Assembly: GCA_964016885.1 (NCBI GenBank) | Contig: OZ024744.1 | Coordinates: 91,946,001-92,010,000, forward strand | DNA from: Eledone cirrhosa | Taxonomy: Eukaryota | Direction: 5' to 3' | DNA length: 64,000 nucleotides | Shown here: one piece after another, positions 1-12,788 of the stretch | Position numbering within the stretch: the first letter of the stretch is position 1 | Layout: each line of letters begins with the position of its first letter | Translations under genes and position numbers: made by a program | The notes under the pieces: generated by a model | What the model saw: only the letters and a program-made list of their open reading frames with translations | Databases searched by the model: none | Told to the model about the DNA's origin: nothing

Positions 1-39
1 GTAATGTGCTTATATTTATCTGAGACCCTTCATTAAGTT

Positions 40-622
40 TATTTTTAAAATAAAATTTAGTAAGAAAAGATTTTAAAAAAGGGGGAAACAAAAGGAAAGA
101 AAGAATAGGGAAATATAGAAAACAAAAGAGAGAAAGAAAGAAGAAAAAGAATGGGAAGGGGAGGTGATGGCAAGAACTCTGGTGTCGCAGAAGAATAGGG
201 AGGGGTGAAGGGGGAGGGTGATTGGGCTAGAGGGCAGAAGTGCTGCACCCTGCAGACAAGATAGCAAAAGCAGTCCCGCAACAGCCACGCAACCTCGAAG
301 GGCTCCCCCCTCAGACGGGCCGCCGATGCTCCGATCTTGCAGAGGAGCATCGGCAGTATGGAGTCCAAGTACGCCTGAGGTCTCGACGGCGACCGGTGCG
401 AAGAGGAAGTGGCCGGACAATTCCCGGTATTTGTTTATTTTACGTTCTTCTGCGAGGTGAGCTGCGATGCCGGGGTTTGTGGGTAAAGCGATTAAGTTGG
501 AGGCGGAGAATGTGTCGCAGCCGGTGGCGTCCCAGATGAGGGATCTACCTCCTTCGAATGGGAAGAGGGTAACTCCGTTGGGGTGCTTGCCATCTCCGCG
601 ATCAAGGTCTGCTGGCTCCAGT
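40..622 (-). mobile_element. 3' fragment of a CRE-clade non-LTR retrotransposon (restriction-like endonuclease domain plus 3' UTR), frameshifted
   Basis: ORF 73..768 contains LEPADLDRGDGKHPNGVTLFPFEGGRSLIWDAT...AEERKINKY...FAPVAVETSGVLG, matching the DGKRPDG-WD.T-AE..K..KY-P.A.ET.G pattern of CRE-type RLE domains. It continues after a frameshift in ORF 57..368. The region is GC-rich relative to its flanks. Confidence 0.8.
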
Positions 623-769
623 TGAGATGGAAATTGAAAGTTATACATACAGGTATTAGATTTTAAAAATCCTAGCCATACTAAAACTAAGGGCACAAAT
701 AAATTGCTATGCCCGCTGCTGTGGGGCTCCGCATACACATGTCCAGCCCTGCATACACACTTAGTCATA

Positions 770-1040
770 AGCGTGGGTGTCTAGCTTGTGATCTTAAGGT
801 CAGGAGTTTAACTCTTGGCAACATATTGTATCCTTGAGCAAGATTCTTTATTTCATGTTGCAGCGGTCCACTCTGCTGGTGAAAAATGAGTTGTACCTGT
901 AATTCAAACAACTAGTCATGTTGAATTTTTGTGAGAATTACATTCCGGGTATATACACATATCTGTGGAATACTCAGCCACTTGTACATTAATTTCATGA
1001 GCAGGCTGTTCTGTTGTTTGAACAACAGGAACACTCATCA
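770..1040 (+). mobile_element. Degraded tRNA-derived SINE
   Basis: B-box-like GAGTTTAACTC, then CCTTGAGCAAG core and a GTGGAATACTCAGCCACTT tail that recurs at 39146-39170, 39273-39292 and 39565-39585. Confidence 0.65.
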
Positions 1041-1049
1041 AACAACAAC

Positions 1050-1255
1050 AATAAGAACAAGAACAACAACACACAACACATCCATTTTTACACACATTCA
1101 CCTTCTTATACCTACACAGAAAAAGAATGATACACAACTATACATACACACGTCCACCTTTTTAAACGCACACACACACACACAGACATGCACATACATA
1201 CATACATGCACATACACACACTCGTACATACATACACATACACACACACACACAG

Positions 1256-1331
<76 letters not shown>

Positions 1332-1574
1332 GCACACATTTACATAGCTTCTGACTTTTAAACACATTCACACACATGCACATACATACATACATGCACA
1401 TACACACACTCGTACATACATGCACATACACACACACCCACACATATATACATATATACACACGCAAACATTTACATAGCTTCTGACTTTAAAACATATT
1501 CACACACTCTCAAATAAACACATATATACACACATACATACACCATACACACATATACAAACGCTCACACACAC

Positions 1575-1605
<31 letters not shown>

Positions 1606-2132
1606 CATGCACATTTACATAGGTTCCCACTTTTTAAACACAAACACACAGATAATGATGATTATGGTAATGGTGGTGATGATGATGATGATAGTGAGGC
1701 AGATGCGGATGATGGTGATGATGATGATGGTGATGATGATGAAGATGATTTTAATGATGATGATGTAAACAAACATAAACACATACAGAAGCACAATCAC
1801 ACACTCTCAAACACACACACAAACGCACACACACAAACACACACAGATAAACAAAGAAAGTAACTACAGACCTCTTGTACCAGTGTCTCTAACATAAACA
1901 ATAATATCCTCCACGTGGTCACTGATCCTGCTAGAAACAGCAGATAAATCTCCCTCATATCACACCCCTCGCTACTGTCTTAAATTTAGAAAGGACACAT
2001 TAGATAACCACCCCTATTAAAAAGATAGGATAGACAGTCATGGTTGGAGTGTCCCTTTTATTCTGGGGTTTCAAGGTTGATCTAGAATATAAAACAACAA
2101 CAGCAATAACAACTACAATTTAACTGAAGAAT

Positions 2133-2164
<32 letters not shown>

Positions 2165-2484
2165 AACAACCACAATAACCACAACAACAACAACAACAAC
2201 AACCATAACCACCACAACAACAACAACAACAACCACTGGCAACAAATACAACAACCACAACTACAACAACAATAGCAAGCACCACCACCACCACCACCAC
2301 TGTCAACAACAGCCACAACTACTGTACAACAACAACAATAACAACAATAGCAACAACAACAACCACCACTGCTGCCAATAGTAACCACCACCACCACAAC
2401 AACAACAACTCCAAAAACTACAGCCACCACTACTATCACCACCATCAACAACAACCAGTGCCAACAACAACAACAACCAGTGCC

Positions 2485-2519
<35 letters not shown>

Positions 2520-3584
2520 CCACTGCCAACAACAACAACAACAGCCAACAACAATATCAGCAACAATAACAACAACAACCACCATCACCACCAGCAGCAA
2601 CAACTACAACAACAATAACAACCACAACAACAACAACCATCAACAGCAGCAACAACAACAACCACCATCACCGCCAGCAACAACTACAACAACAACTACA
2701 ACAACAACTACAACAACAACTACTGCCAACAACAACAACAGCAACAATTAAGAAACAACAACAACAACAACAACGGCCAACAACTACTACAACAACAACT
2801 ACTACTACTACAACGACAACTACTACAGCAATAACAACAACAACCACCGCCACTGCCAACAACTATAACAACAACAACAACAACTAAGAAACAACAACAG
2901 CCAACAACAACAACAACAACAACAGCCAACAACAACTACAACAACAACTACAACAACAACAGCCAACAACAACTACAACAACAGCCAACAACAACTACAA
3001 CAACAGCCAACAACAACTACAACAACAACAACTACTACTACTACGACAACAACTACTACAGCAATAACAACAACAACAACAACCACCACTGCCAACAACT
3101 ATAACAACAACAACAACAACTAAGAAACAACAACAACAACAACCACAACAACACTTTGACAACTTAATTACAAAATAAAATAATTACAGAAAATAATTAA
3201 GAAATAAAGATTTGAGTAAATTTTAAACGAATAATATAAAATATTTAAATAAATAATTTTAATTAAAAACTATTCTCTCTCACTCTCTCTCCCTGTCTCT
3301 CTCTCTCTCTCTGTCTCTCTCTCATTATGTCTGCTGTCTGCCTATCTCTTTCTCACTCTCTCTTCTGTCTCTCTCTTTCTCTCTCTCTCTCTGTCTCTCT
3401 CTCATTATGTCTGCTGTCTGTCTCTCTCTCTCTCACTCTCTCTTTCTGTCTCTCTCTGTCATTACGTCTGCCTCTCTCTCTCTATCTCTCTCTCATTATG
3501 TCTGCTGTCTCTCTGTCTCTCTTCCCATCTCTCCCTCCCTCTCTCTTTCTCTCTCTCTCTCCTATCCATCTCTCTGTCTCTCTT

Positions 3585-3640
<56 letters not shown>

Positions 3641-3684
3641 TGTCTCTCTCTCTCTCTTTCTCTCTCTGTCTCTGTCACTCTACA

Positions 3685-3756
<72 letters not shown>

Positions 3757-3940
3757 CTCTCTCTCTGCTATCCATCTCTCTCTCTCTCTCTCTCCATCCA
3801 CCTCTATCTCTCTGTCTAACACCCTCCTCTCTTTCATTCACACATACAACATCACCTTCTCACACCCCCTCCTCTCCCCTTTCCCCCTATCTCTCTATAT
3901 ATAACTCTCTCTCTATATATATATATATTATATAACTATC
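1050..3940. repeat. Compound microsatellite field: (CA)n, (TA)n, (GAT)n, (AAC)n, (TC)n
   Basis: Directly visible simple repeats that explain the overlapping low-complexity ORFs. Confidence 0.95.
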
Positions 3941-4803
3941 TATATATCTCTCCCTCTATATATTCTACTGTATATCTACCCAATCTACCCAATCTACCCA
4001 ACTTGTCCCCACTTCAAGTGACTACCCTTCTAAAATATATAATAATAATAATAAACAAAACAAGAAACCAGGGTATTTATAGTAAAACAATTGGTGTTGT
4101 TTGAAATATATACATATACACACATTGAAATATATACGTGTGTGTGTGTGTGTATATACACATCATCATCATCATCATCATTTTACGTCTGCTTTTCCCT
4201 GCTTGCAAGGGTGGGACGGGAACTGATTCTGGCTTGATTTCTACAGCTGGAAGCCCTTCCTAACACCAACCTCATTACAGTGGGTGCTGGGTGGTTTTTG
4301 TCGTGGCACCTACACGACCACTTTGCAGTGGAATGATATGGACCCCAGTCCCTATCATCTCATTTCTACAGCTGAGTAAACTGGAGCAATGTGAAATAAA
4401 GTGTCTTGCTCAAGGAAACAACACATCACCCGGTCTGAGAGTTGAACTCACAACCTTTCGATTGTAAGGTCAATGCTCTAACCACTAAGCCATCTGCCTC
4501 CATATATATATATATAAATATATATAACATTATATATATATATAATATAAATATAGAAACAACACCCTGTTTAACATACCTGTATTATCTCACAATACAA
4601 CACCCTGTTTAACATACCTGTATTATCTCACAATATATATTTTCAAGGTTATCATAGAGGTACCAGAAACACCTCATCAATGTTCACCTTTGACCTTTTA
4701 GAGGTCAAAGGTGAACTCAATCAAATAATATTCTCATTGACATGTTCACATGTACAAGGAAGTAGTCACACATTCTACATACAGGCATACACCCCCTTCA
4801 CAT
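1645..4803 (+). repeat. Left arm of a ~3 kb inverted segmental duplication (partner 15797-19345)
   Basis: Unique blocks match as reverse complements in mirror order: 1850-2085/18930-19180, 3155-3290/18375-18505, 3790-4150/16360-16735, 4520-4803/15797-16045. Confidence 0.92.
4163..4501 (-). mobile_element. tRNA-derived SINE with an RTE-derived 3' tail and (GAT)n end
   Basis: The minus strand reads GGAGGCAGATGGCTTAGTGGTTAGAGC (A box)...GAGTTCAACTC (B box)...CCTTGAGCAAGACAC, then a tail homologous to the RTE 3' UTR at 32135-32380. A second copy is at 5175-5518. Confidence 0.85.
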
Positions 4804-5174
4804 GTAGCTGTATATAAATATATGTATGTATTTATGCATGTATGTGTGTATTTGTGTATGTATGTATATATGTATGAATGTATGTATGTATGTATATGTG
4901 TATGTGTGTGTATATGTATCTATATATGTATGTGTGTGCATATATATATATATATATGTATGTATGTATATATGCATGTATATGTATGCATGTACGTATG
5001 TATGTATATATGCATGTATATGTATGCATGTATGTATGTATGTGTGTATGCATCTTTGTATGTATGTATGTATATATGCATGTATATGCATGCATGTATA
5101 TGCATGCATGTACGTATGAATGTGCGTGTGTATGTGTGTATGCATCTTTGTATGTATGTATGTATTTATTTGTC

Positions 5175-5518
5175 ATCATCATCATTTCATTTCATTTTCC
5201 GTCCCCTTTTCCCTGCTTGCAAGGGTGGGACGGGAACTGATTCTGGCTTGATTTCTACAGCTGGATGCCCTTCCTAACACCAACCTCATTTACAGTGAGT
5301 GCTGGGTGTTTTTTTTCCGTGGCGCCTCCACGACCACTTTACAGTGGAATGATATGGACCCCCAGTCCCTATCATATCATTTCTACAGCTGAGTAAACTG
5401 GAGCAATGTGAAATAAAGTGTCTTGCTCAAGGAAACAACACATCACCCGGTCTGAGAATTGAACTCACAACCTTTCGATTGCAAGGCTAATGCTCTAACC
5501 ACTAAACCATGTGCCTCC
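5175..5518 (-). mobile_element. Second copy of the RTE-tailed SINE
   Basis: Near-identical to 4163-4501 along its whole length. Confidence 0.85.
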
Positions 5519-5785
5519 ATGTGTATATATATATATATGTGTGTGTATGTGTGTGTGTGTTTGCTTGGGTGCACACTTTCACATATACATCTGTCTGATA
5601 CATTATCATCATCATCATTATCATCAAATACCGTAGCTTCTCACATATAAAATGTGTTGATTTTAAAAAAAATGTCTACCGACTGTGATTATCCAAGCTA
5701 TTAATAGATAAAAACTCCCTCTAGATTTGATTAAAATCTAAAATTAACAAAATAAAAGAGCTCTAATAAAATTAGTTCATTGAAA

Positions 5786-5975
5786 TAATTGTTTCTACTT
5801 TTGGTACAAGGCCAGCAATTACGCAGTACATTACTGGTACTTTATTTTATCGACCCCGTAAGGATGAAAGGCAAAGTTAACCTCGGTGGGATTTGAACTC
5901 AGAATGGCAAGGGCCGTAACTCTATGCGTCGAAGCATAGTGTCCGACCCTCTACCGATACTGCCAATCCACTGCC
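5786..5975 (-). mobile_element. ~190 bp tRNA-derived SINE with a Nin-domain-like central motif
   Basis: A box TGGCAGTATCGGTAG, B box GAGTTCAAATCC, motif GCCTTTCATCCTTACGGGGTCGATAAAATAAAGTACC, tail GTAGAAACAATT. About 13 full or partial copies occur in the window. Confidence 0.85.
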
Positions 5976-6673
5976 TGAAATAATGAGGACCCACACAAGT
6001 TTAGAGTGGATCTCAACTTTAAAACTAACTGGTTGAGTAACACATTTTTCAGTCTTATCAGAGCTCCTTAGTGAACTATATTTCATCCAACTGGAAAAAC
6101 TAAAAAGTGATCAGTATATATATATATTAGTAAAAGGAAAAAAAATGCTGACAAATTTTTCCCAGTGAAAAATAGTTTAATTAGGAATAAGTAAAAATTA
6201 GTAATAAGTATTGGTTAGTATTCAGTTTTAGTTTTAATTTTTTACCGGTTGCGCATTTCTAATGCTTTTCAAAAAATAATTTTGAGATAGAGCGCCCGTG
6301 ATGTTTGCTCTCATGTGTTACACCTCTATTCTTTTAAATATCATATATATATATATATATATATTTATTAAAATAGCAGCTTAAAGTTTAAGCAAAGAAT
6401 CGCTGCTTTCACCCTTAACGGTTCTTATATATTTGATATATATTTATCCTTATGGAGCCCTCTTTGGATTTTAGTCTTCAAATTTATTATTATTACTATT
6501 ATGACTATATATATATATATATAAGGATTAAAATACTGGAGCGTGTTGGAGTTAAACACCCTCTTCGTATTATAGAAATGACAGTAAAAGGTATAGCTCA
6601 ATGTAATTAAACAGAGCCAAAGAATTATGAAAGTAAAACAAAGAAGCCTTCAATACGTCAAAAGTCTTTATTA

Positions 6674-6711
6674 GCCAATAATGTTTCGTCCTATTAAGGA
6701 CTCATCAGGGC
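6674..6711 (-). ncRNA. Minimal type-I hammerhead ribozyme motif (PLE-type)
   Basis: Minus strand: gcc CTGATGA GTCC-ttaata-GGAC GAAA catta TT ggc, followed by AATAAA. Stem III carries a C-A mismatch. Confidence 0.75.
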
Positions 6712-7414
6712 AATTAAAACAACAAGAAGTATTATCGGCCAATACAAGCCGAAAACCCCGAAGAATATGGAGTGTACATACACTAAAGTATTGCAAGATT
6801 ATGGGTAAAAATATATAATAAAAATCACTAAGGAGGTGTATAACATTTAGAACCATATTACAAATATAGTCCAAAGCAAAAAACCTAGAGCTAAACAAAG
6901 GTGGTTATATAGAGCGGGAATTATATATAATACTATATAACATAATATAATATACTTGTAACAATATTAAAAATTACAATAAAAATTTAAAAGGTACAAT
7001 ATATATATGTATATATGTACGCACACATACGCACATATACACATACATCAATACACATATCCATCTTTAACAGCACAAATTAAACCTTATTAAGAGTTTA
7101 AATATAAATAAGCATGATAGGAATAAAAATAATAATAATAATAATAATACGTATACCCAATATACATGAGGTAATAATATGATATTATTATAAGTAGCAC
7201 ATATAATATATAATAAACTATACAATTATATACCATATAATATAACATAATAATAGATAATCTCCGGTTAATTTACACAAACAATATAGATGTCACAATA
7301 ATACTATAATAATAATATAATAACATATATAATATATAATATATAATGGCATGCAAGTTAACAAATCAATTCATATAGAGTTACAGAGTAGGTGAGGAAA
7401 AAAGAATAGACACT

Positions 7415-7456
<42 letters not shown>

Positions 7457-7724
7457 AGGGAGTGTAACATGAAGTTACTGTAGGTTCACCCGGGTGAGCA
7501 CTCGATGTTTAGGTTCACGTCAATGGCGGGGTGTAGAACTAGACAGAGTGTAATACAAGGATGATTTGTTAAGCCTTCATTACAACAGCAGAGATCCGAC
7601 GAGCTTTTGATTCCAGAGTCGGGCCAGATCGATACAGATCAAACCTTGAGCTGATCAATAGCGAAACGCGCGTCACTAATCAATAAACATAATGAAGGCT
7701 TAACTAATGGTCCTTGTATTATTA

Positions 7725-7965
7725 TCATCATCATCATCATCATCATCATCGTCATTTAACGTCTATCTTCCATGCTAGCATGAGTTAGATGGGAATTGTC
7801 CCATTTGTGGTAAGATTGGTCGGGTGATCGTGTCTCGCTCGAATAGGACTATCTGGCAGGTTTTCTACGGCTGGATGCACTTCCTAACACCAACCACATT
7901 TACAGTGTGGACGGGGAGTTTTTTTACCGTGTTACTACACAGCCACATTACAGCATGGACTGTGT
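7725..7965 (-). mobile_element. RTE/SINE 3' tail fragment with (GAT)n end
   Basis: Matches 32135-32350 (GGCTGGATGC.CTTCCTAACACCAACCACATTTACAGTGTGG). Confidence 0.8.
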
Positions 7966-8334
7966 TTTATATATATAAGAATATCGCTTTTTAATATAAA
8001 AACTGGACAGAGGTAGGTGGAGAAGTTAAAATAGTTCATATATATGGATAGGTAGATAGATAGAAGCCTGACTGTGACACTGAGTTTTGACTTGTGTATT
8101 CAGCAAGACTCATATATAGATGTATTTAATTTAAATAGGAAACCTTTCAAATGAGTGACTTTATTTCATAGAAAACAGCCAATTTTGACCAGTTTGGTAA
8201 CTAAAGGGTTAACTTCCTTACATAGAGCCCACTTTAGAGTGTTTGACCCTGTCAAAGACTTTCATGTGGACAAATCCTAAATAAGAGGGCTCATCCCAAG
8301 CTGGATATATCTGTAGTTGTCTCACTAGGAAGGG

Positions 8335-8900
8335 CATGCATCCAAACTGCATCTTATCTCATCTCTGCCAGTTGCAGACTGCACATTAACATGTGATATC
8401 TCTCTCCACAAAGTTCGATCACCAACAGCAGAGTTAAAAAAACAATGATCAAGTCCAGTCCATAAGTTGACATTATCAAGTCACCGTTTTGGCTGCCGGC
8501 CTCTGCTTCTCTTACCAGCCAACTTCCCTGCCAGGCATAACCTACTCACACCACGAGTTGATCTTTTTATATGACCGTATAGTTTGAGTACTCTTGTCCT
8601 GACAATTGATGTAATTGGTAATGTTGAGCAGCTCACTGATACAGATACGGTTGCTGAGCCGCTTGCCAGTCATAAGTCTCATGCTGTGGTTCTGGAAATA
8701 GAGAGCATTTGAAGTTATCTTGTCGTCCAATTAACACAGTCAAGACCATATAACAAAACTGGTAGGATGTAAGTATTAAAGATCTTAGCCTTAAAATGAT
8801 AGGAAACTCATATCATCTACTTGAATTCTATTTGTGATTTGTTTTGCAATAACTCTTTCTGTAACTTTCAAAGCCTGGTCTAACAGTTTAATGCCTCTGT
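8335..8900 (-). mobile_element. Degraded 3' end of a second RTE-like LINE family
   Basis: Minus-strand peptides KIFNTYILPVLLYG, FQNHSMRLMTGKRLSNRI and GKRSRGRQ. The segment 8370-8540 is the dispersed monomer of the 40735-43020 satellite. Confidence 0.7.
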
Positions 8901-8918
8901 AGTTGCTTTACTCTAATG

Positions 8919-9105
8919 CAGTGGTACCTAAAGTGGGTTCCACTGATCCCAAGGGTTCCACAAAGGAGTGTCTGGGATTCCATGAAAAAAAGGTAGAGGA
9001 GTATATTTATATTACGACTATATAACAGTATTAGACTTTGGGGTTCCACTAAAAGTTTCTGAACCAAAAAGGATCCGCGTTTGAAAAAGTTTGGGAAACC
9101 TTACT
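8919..9105. mobile_element. hAT/Charlie-like MITE, degraded
   Basis: Ends CAGTGGTACCTAAAGT and AGTTTGGGAAACC resemble CAGTGGTTCCCAAA...TTTGGGAACCACTG TIRs. Confidence 0.5.
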
Positions 9106-9829
9106 CCAATGCATCACCTTTGCCCTTTTAACTGTTGACTGTTAGAATACTGCTACACCAGTCACTGGGTATAGTGGTTCCCTCGTGTATTATTTGGTTG
9201 ACAATACATGTAACTAGTGGCATAACTAGGGAAAATAGCACCTATGACAAGTTGTGTACCCCTGCCCAAATATCTGACATCCATCTTTCAGATAACCATA
9301 AAATCACCCCCAAAATACCAATCGTGTTCTACTGGTATCCTTTGCAGCTAAGTATACGTGCAGTATTTGCAAAAGTGTTAGTGTATTTAAAGGGAGTGAT
9401 CTGTGTAATACTGATCTTTGACAAATATTAAAGGGAGTGATCTGTGTAATACTGATCTTTGACAAATATTAAAGGGAGTGATCTGTGTAATACTGATCTT
9501 TGACAAAATATTAGGCCATATTAAAATATTTGACAAGTGACCTTACTAAAATATTTGACAATATTTGACACCTATGAGGTGTGACTATGTGATCATGCAG
9601 TTCCTAGCACTGTATTTTTCGTTTTTAGCTATGGAGGCTTGATAATTTATATAAATGGTTTAATGATCCAACCACCATAATGCTTTTCACCTATGGTAAT
9701 CAAAGACATTAGACATCTGAAGAAGTTTCTTTTTTCACTCTCCAACAATAGCTTATCTCACTTTAGTACAAAGTGCTCCTAGTCCAAATGACACCCCCCC
9801 CCCTTTTGATCCTCTCCTCTCTCTGAGAA

Positions 9830-10290
9830 ACTATAGTTTCTTATGTGAAACACCTCACACTCGTGATCCTCCTATTGCTGATAAACAATACTTTGCTATG
9901 TGAAACACCTCACACTTTTGATTTTCCACTCTTTAGTAAACTACTTTATGTGAAACACTTCATACTTTTGATGTTCCTATCGCCGATAAACTACTTTGCT
10001 ATGTGAAACTCCTCACATTTTTTTATCCTCTCTCTGATAAACTATACTTTGCTATGTGAAACACCTCAAACTTTTGATTCTCCTCTCACTAATAAACTAC
10101 TTTGCTATGTGAAACACTACACACTTTTGATGCTCTCTCTCTCTGATAAACTATACTTTGCTATGTGAAACACCGCACACATTTGATCTTCCTATCGCTG
10201 ATAAACTACTTTGCTATGTGAAGCGTCACACTTTTGAACCTCCTCTCTTTGATAAACTACTTTGCTATGTGAAACACCTCACATCTTTTA
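9830..10290. repeat. ~58-60 bp diverged minisatellite, about 8 copies
   Basis: Recurring GATAAACTACTTTGCTATGTGAAACACCTCACACTTTTGAT. Confidence 0.9.
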
Positions 10291-10375
10291 TCTTGAAGTT
10301 GCAGCAGATCCTTGACCTTCTTTCTGAATCTCCTCATGCTAAGTACACATTACATTGTCTAGCCTACCTTCTAAC

Positions 10376-10713
10376 TACTCTTGTGTCTCAAATAATCATC
10401 CCCTCCCCCTATTTATTAATTTTTCAGATTTTTCCACACACACACACATCTCCACCCCCACCACTTATTAAATTTTGCTATTCTATCTCCAGCAATTTTT
10501 TTCTTTATACATTAAAAAACATTACACATGGCTAAAAAAAGTACATTACTTGAAATCCCGTAGATTATAAAAGAAAAAGAATTGGTTGGGGATCTCAATA
10601 TGTAAAACTAAACAACTAATTAACGGAGACAACGTAAAAACATTACGGATTTTTCAAACCCCTGCTTATCCCCCCCCCCCCCCCCCCATCTCTATTATTT
10701 GGGACCTGAGAGT
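10376..10713. mobile_element. MITE with ~21 bp TIRs and TA ends (second copy, inverted, at 43768-44178)
   Basis: TIRs TACTCTTGTGTCTCAAATAAT and ATTATTTGGGACCTGAGAGTA. The internal sequence is the reverse complement of 43768-44178. Confidence 0.75.
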
Positions 10714-10909
10714 ACTTGGTATAGCTCTCTGATGTCTCTGACTGTCCAATCGTCTTTTCATGCCTGTCTCTTAGCTTATATTGCTCAGTTCACAGCATTG
10801 ATCCATCACTGAGTCACCTCTCTGTCATGCCTGGACCTTGTCTGCTGGAACTTATCTGCTGGACTTTGTCTGAAACTCAGGTCAGGTTTTGTAGTGGCTG
10901 GTATATTGT

Positions 10910-11790
10910 CATGTAAAGTGGTTGGGGTTAAGAAGGTCATCCAGCCAGAGAGAGCCTACCAAACAAAGTATTGAGCGGACCCCTTAGTTGTGTCAAGGAC
11001 ATGACTGTCTCTTTAATGTTAGCGATATACACAATAACAACAACCAGTACATGCTGTAAATTGGTTGGTGTTAGGAAGGGTGTCCAACCATAGAAAGCTT
11101 GCCAAACAAGAGGTTAGGAGGACCCTTCAGTTTGTGTTAAAAGACATGATAACTTCTCCTCTGCACTTGATATGACCATACATAAATGTGATACAGATCC
11201 CTTTGCCTGTCTCGGAAGCCTTTGCTAACAGGGAAAGTAGATATTAAATTATGATGATGATAATGTAGGCTTAAGATGTTATAAATATATAAGAGAAAAG
11301 AAAGGTGATAGCTAAAAGGACTCAACATAATACTGCAACATAATTTATAAACACCTAGTGCTGGTGATCTACACAATAACAGCACCCAGTACACACTGTA
11401 AAGTGGTTGGTGTTAGGAAGGGTAGCCAGCTGTAGAAAGTTTGCCAAATAAGGGGTTGGGAGGTCCCTTTATTTGTGTCAAGGACATGACAGCACCCCCT
11501 AGTGCTGGTGATCTATACAATAAAAGTACCCAGTATAAAGTGGTTGGTGTTAGGAAGGGTATCCAGCCATAGAAAGCTTTCCAAACAAAGGGTTGGGAGG
11601 GGCTGGGCCCGTTAGTTGTGTCAAGAACATGACAACCTCTCTAGTGTTGGTATTTACACAATAAAAGTACCCTGTGCATACTATAAAGTGGTTGGTGTTA
11701 GGAAGGGTATCCAGCCAACCTCTCTAGTGTTGGTATTTACACAATAAAAGCACCTAGTATATACTATAAAGTGGTTGGTGTTAAGAAGAT
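10910..11790 (+). repeat. Diverged tandem copies of a SINE/RTE tail segment (~110-130 bp)
   Basis: TAAAGTGGTTGGTGTTAGGAAGGG.ATCCAGCC recurs at ~10914, 11057, 11398, 11537, 11684 and 11767. Confidence 0.8.
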
Positions 11791-11960
11791 GAAGCCAGCG
11801 ATCTTCAGTCAAGAACTATCAGTAGTATGTGTCTTATGTAGGAGAACTGCTGTGACCTTATATGTCCGTAGAAGCTGTTTAGTTATGTCCACCTTCACTT
11901 TGCTGAAGCCTTCAACATTCAGTTGCAGTAGAGTAATGTCATTCAGTAAGACATTGTGTG
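11785..11960 (-). pseudogene. Remnant N-terminus of a non-LTR retrotransposon APE endonuclease
   Basis: Minus-strand translation ITLLQLNVEGFSKVKVDITKQLLRTYKVTAVLLHKTHTTDSS*LKIAGF resembles APE motifs I and II (N.EG...LQETH...I.GF), with an in-frame stop. Confidence 0.6.
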
Positions 11961-12173
11961 ATGCCTGCCCTGATGAGAGTATGTATTCCGGGTGGGTATC
12001 AGGCTGCAGTCATCAAGGATGCATTACAAAACATGTACAGTCATCAAGGATGCATTACAAAACATGTACAGTCATCAAAACATGTACAGTCATCAAGGAT
12101 GCATTACAAAACATGTACAGTCATCAAAACATGTACAGTCATCAAGGATGCATTACAAAACATGTACGAAATG

Positions 12174-12600
12174 TATGAGGATTGGCTGGAAAATTCATTG
12201 GCTGACCAAGATACTCTCATGGAATGACCAAATGAGGTTTATTTTTCAACATAGTCCCTGGATAGAAACAATGCAGTTATTAACCCTTTAGCATTTAAAC
12301 TAGCCGTATCTGACCAGAATTCTCTCACCTCTTTCTGTTCAAGCCAGCCGTAACTGGTCACTCATACTTATGTTAAGGAATTGTTATCAAAATAAATAAT
12401 ATCAAAATCTCATAGATTCAATAATATGTGAGGTAATTATAGGAGATAAAGCCTTTACTGTGAAAATACAATAGTAAATATAGAGTAATGTGAATGCTAA
12501 AGGGTTAATAAGAAAAGTTGAAATTAATGCATACAAGATTTTACAGCTCTAGCATCACTCCTTCACAGTCAGTCTATGAACATTTTAGCCAACCCTCGTA
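12174..12600 (+). mobile_element. mariner-like MITE (monomer of the 13.7-15.7 kb satellite) with a nested piggyBac-like MITE
   Basis: TIRs TATGAGGATTGGCTGGAAATTCAT and ATGAACATTTTAGCCAACCCTCGTA, with TA ends. Confidence 0.8.
12284..12504 (+). mobile_element. piggyBac-like MITE with TTAA target-site duplication
   Basis: TTAA|CCCTTTAGCATT...AATGCTAAAGGG|TTAA. Other copies are at 26238-26443 and, inverted, at ~30167-30431. Confidence 0.85.
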
Positions 12601-12737
12601 GTTGAGTAACTTGATCAATATGCATTATATATGTATAGATTTAAACTTGAACAAGACAAGGTCACCCGACCTAATATTGCCCACAACAGGACAACCTGTC
12701 TAACCCATGCTAGCGTGGAAGAATGGATGTAAAACGG

Positions 12738-12768
<31 letters not shown>

Positions 12769-12788
12769 AGTATATATTTATATATATA

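Noticed and set aside
5900-5975. tRNA gene-like A and B boxes (here and in other copies)
   Set aside because: They are SINE heads followed by SINE body and tail; no complete cloverleaf or acceptor stem is seen.
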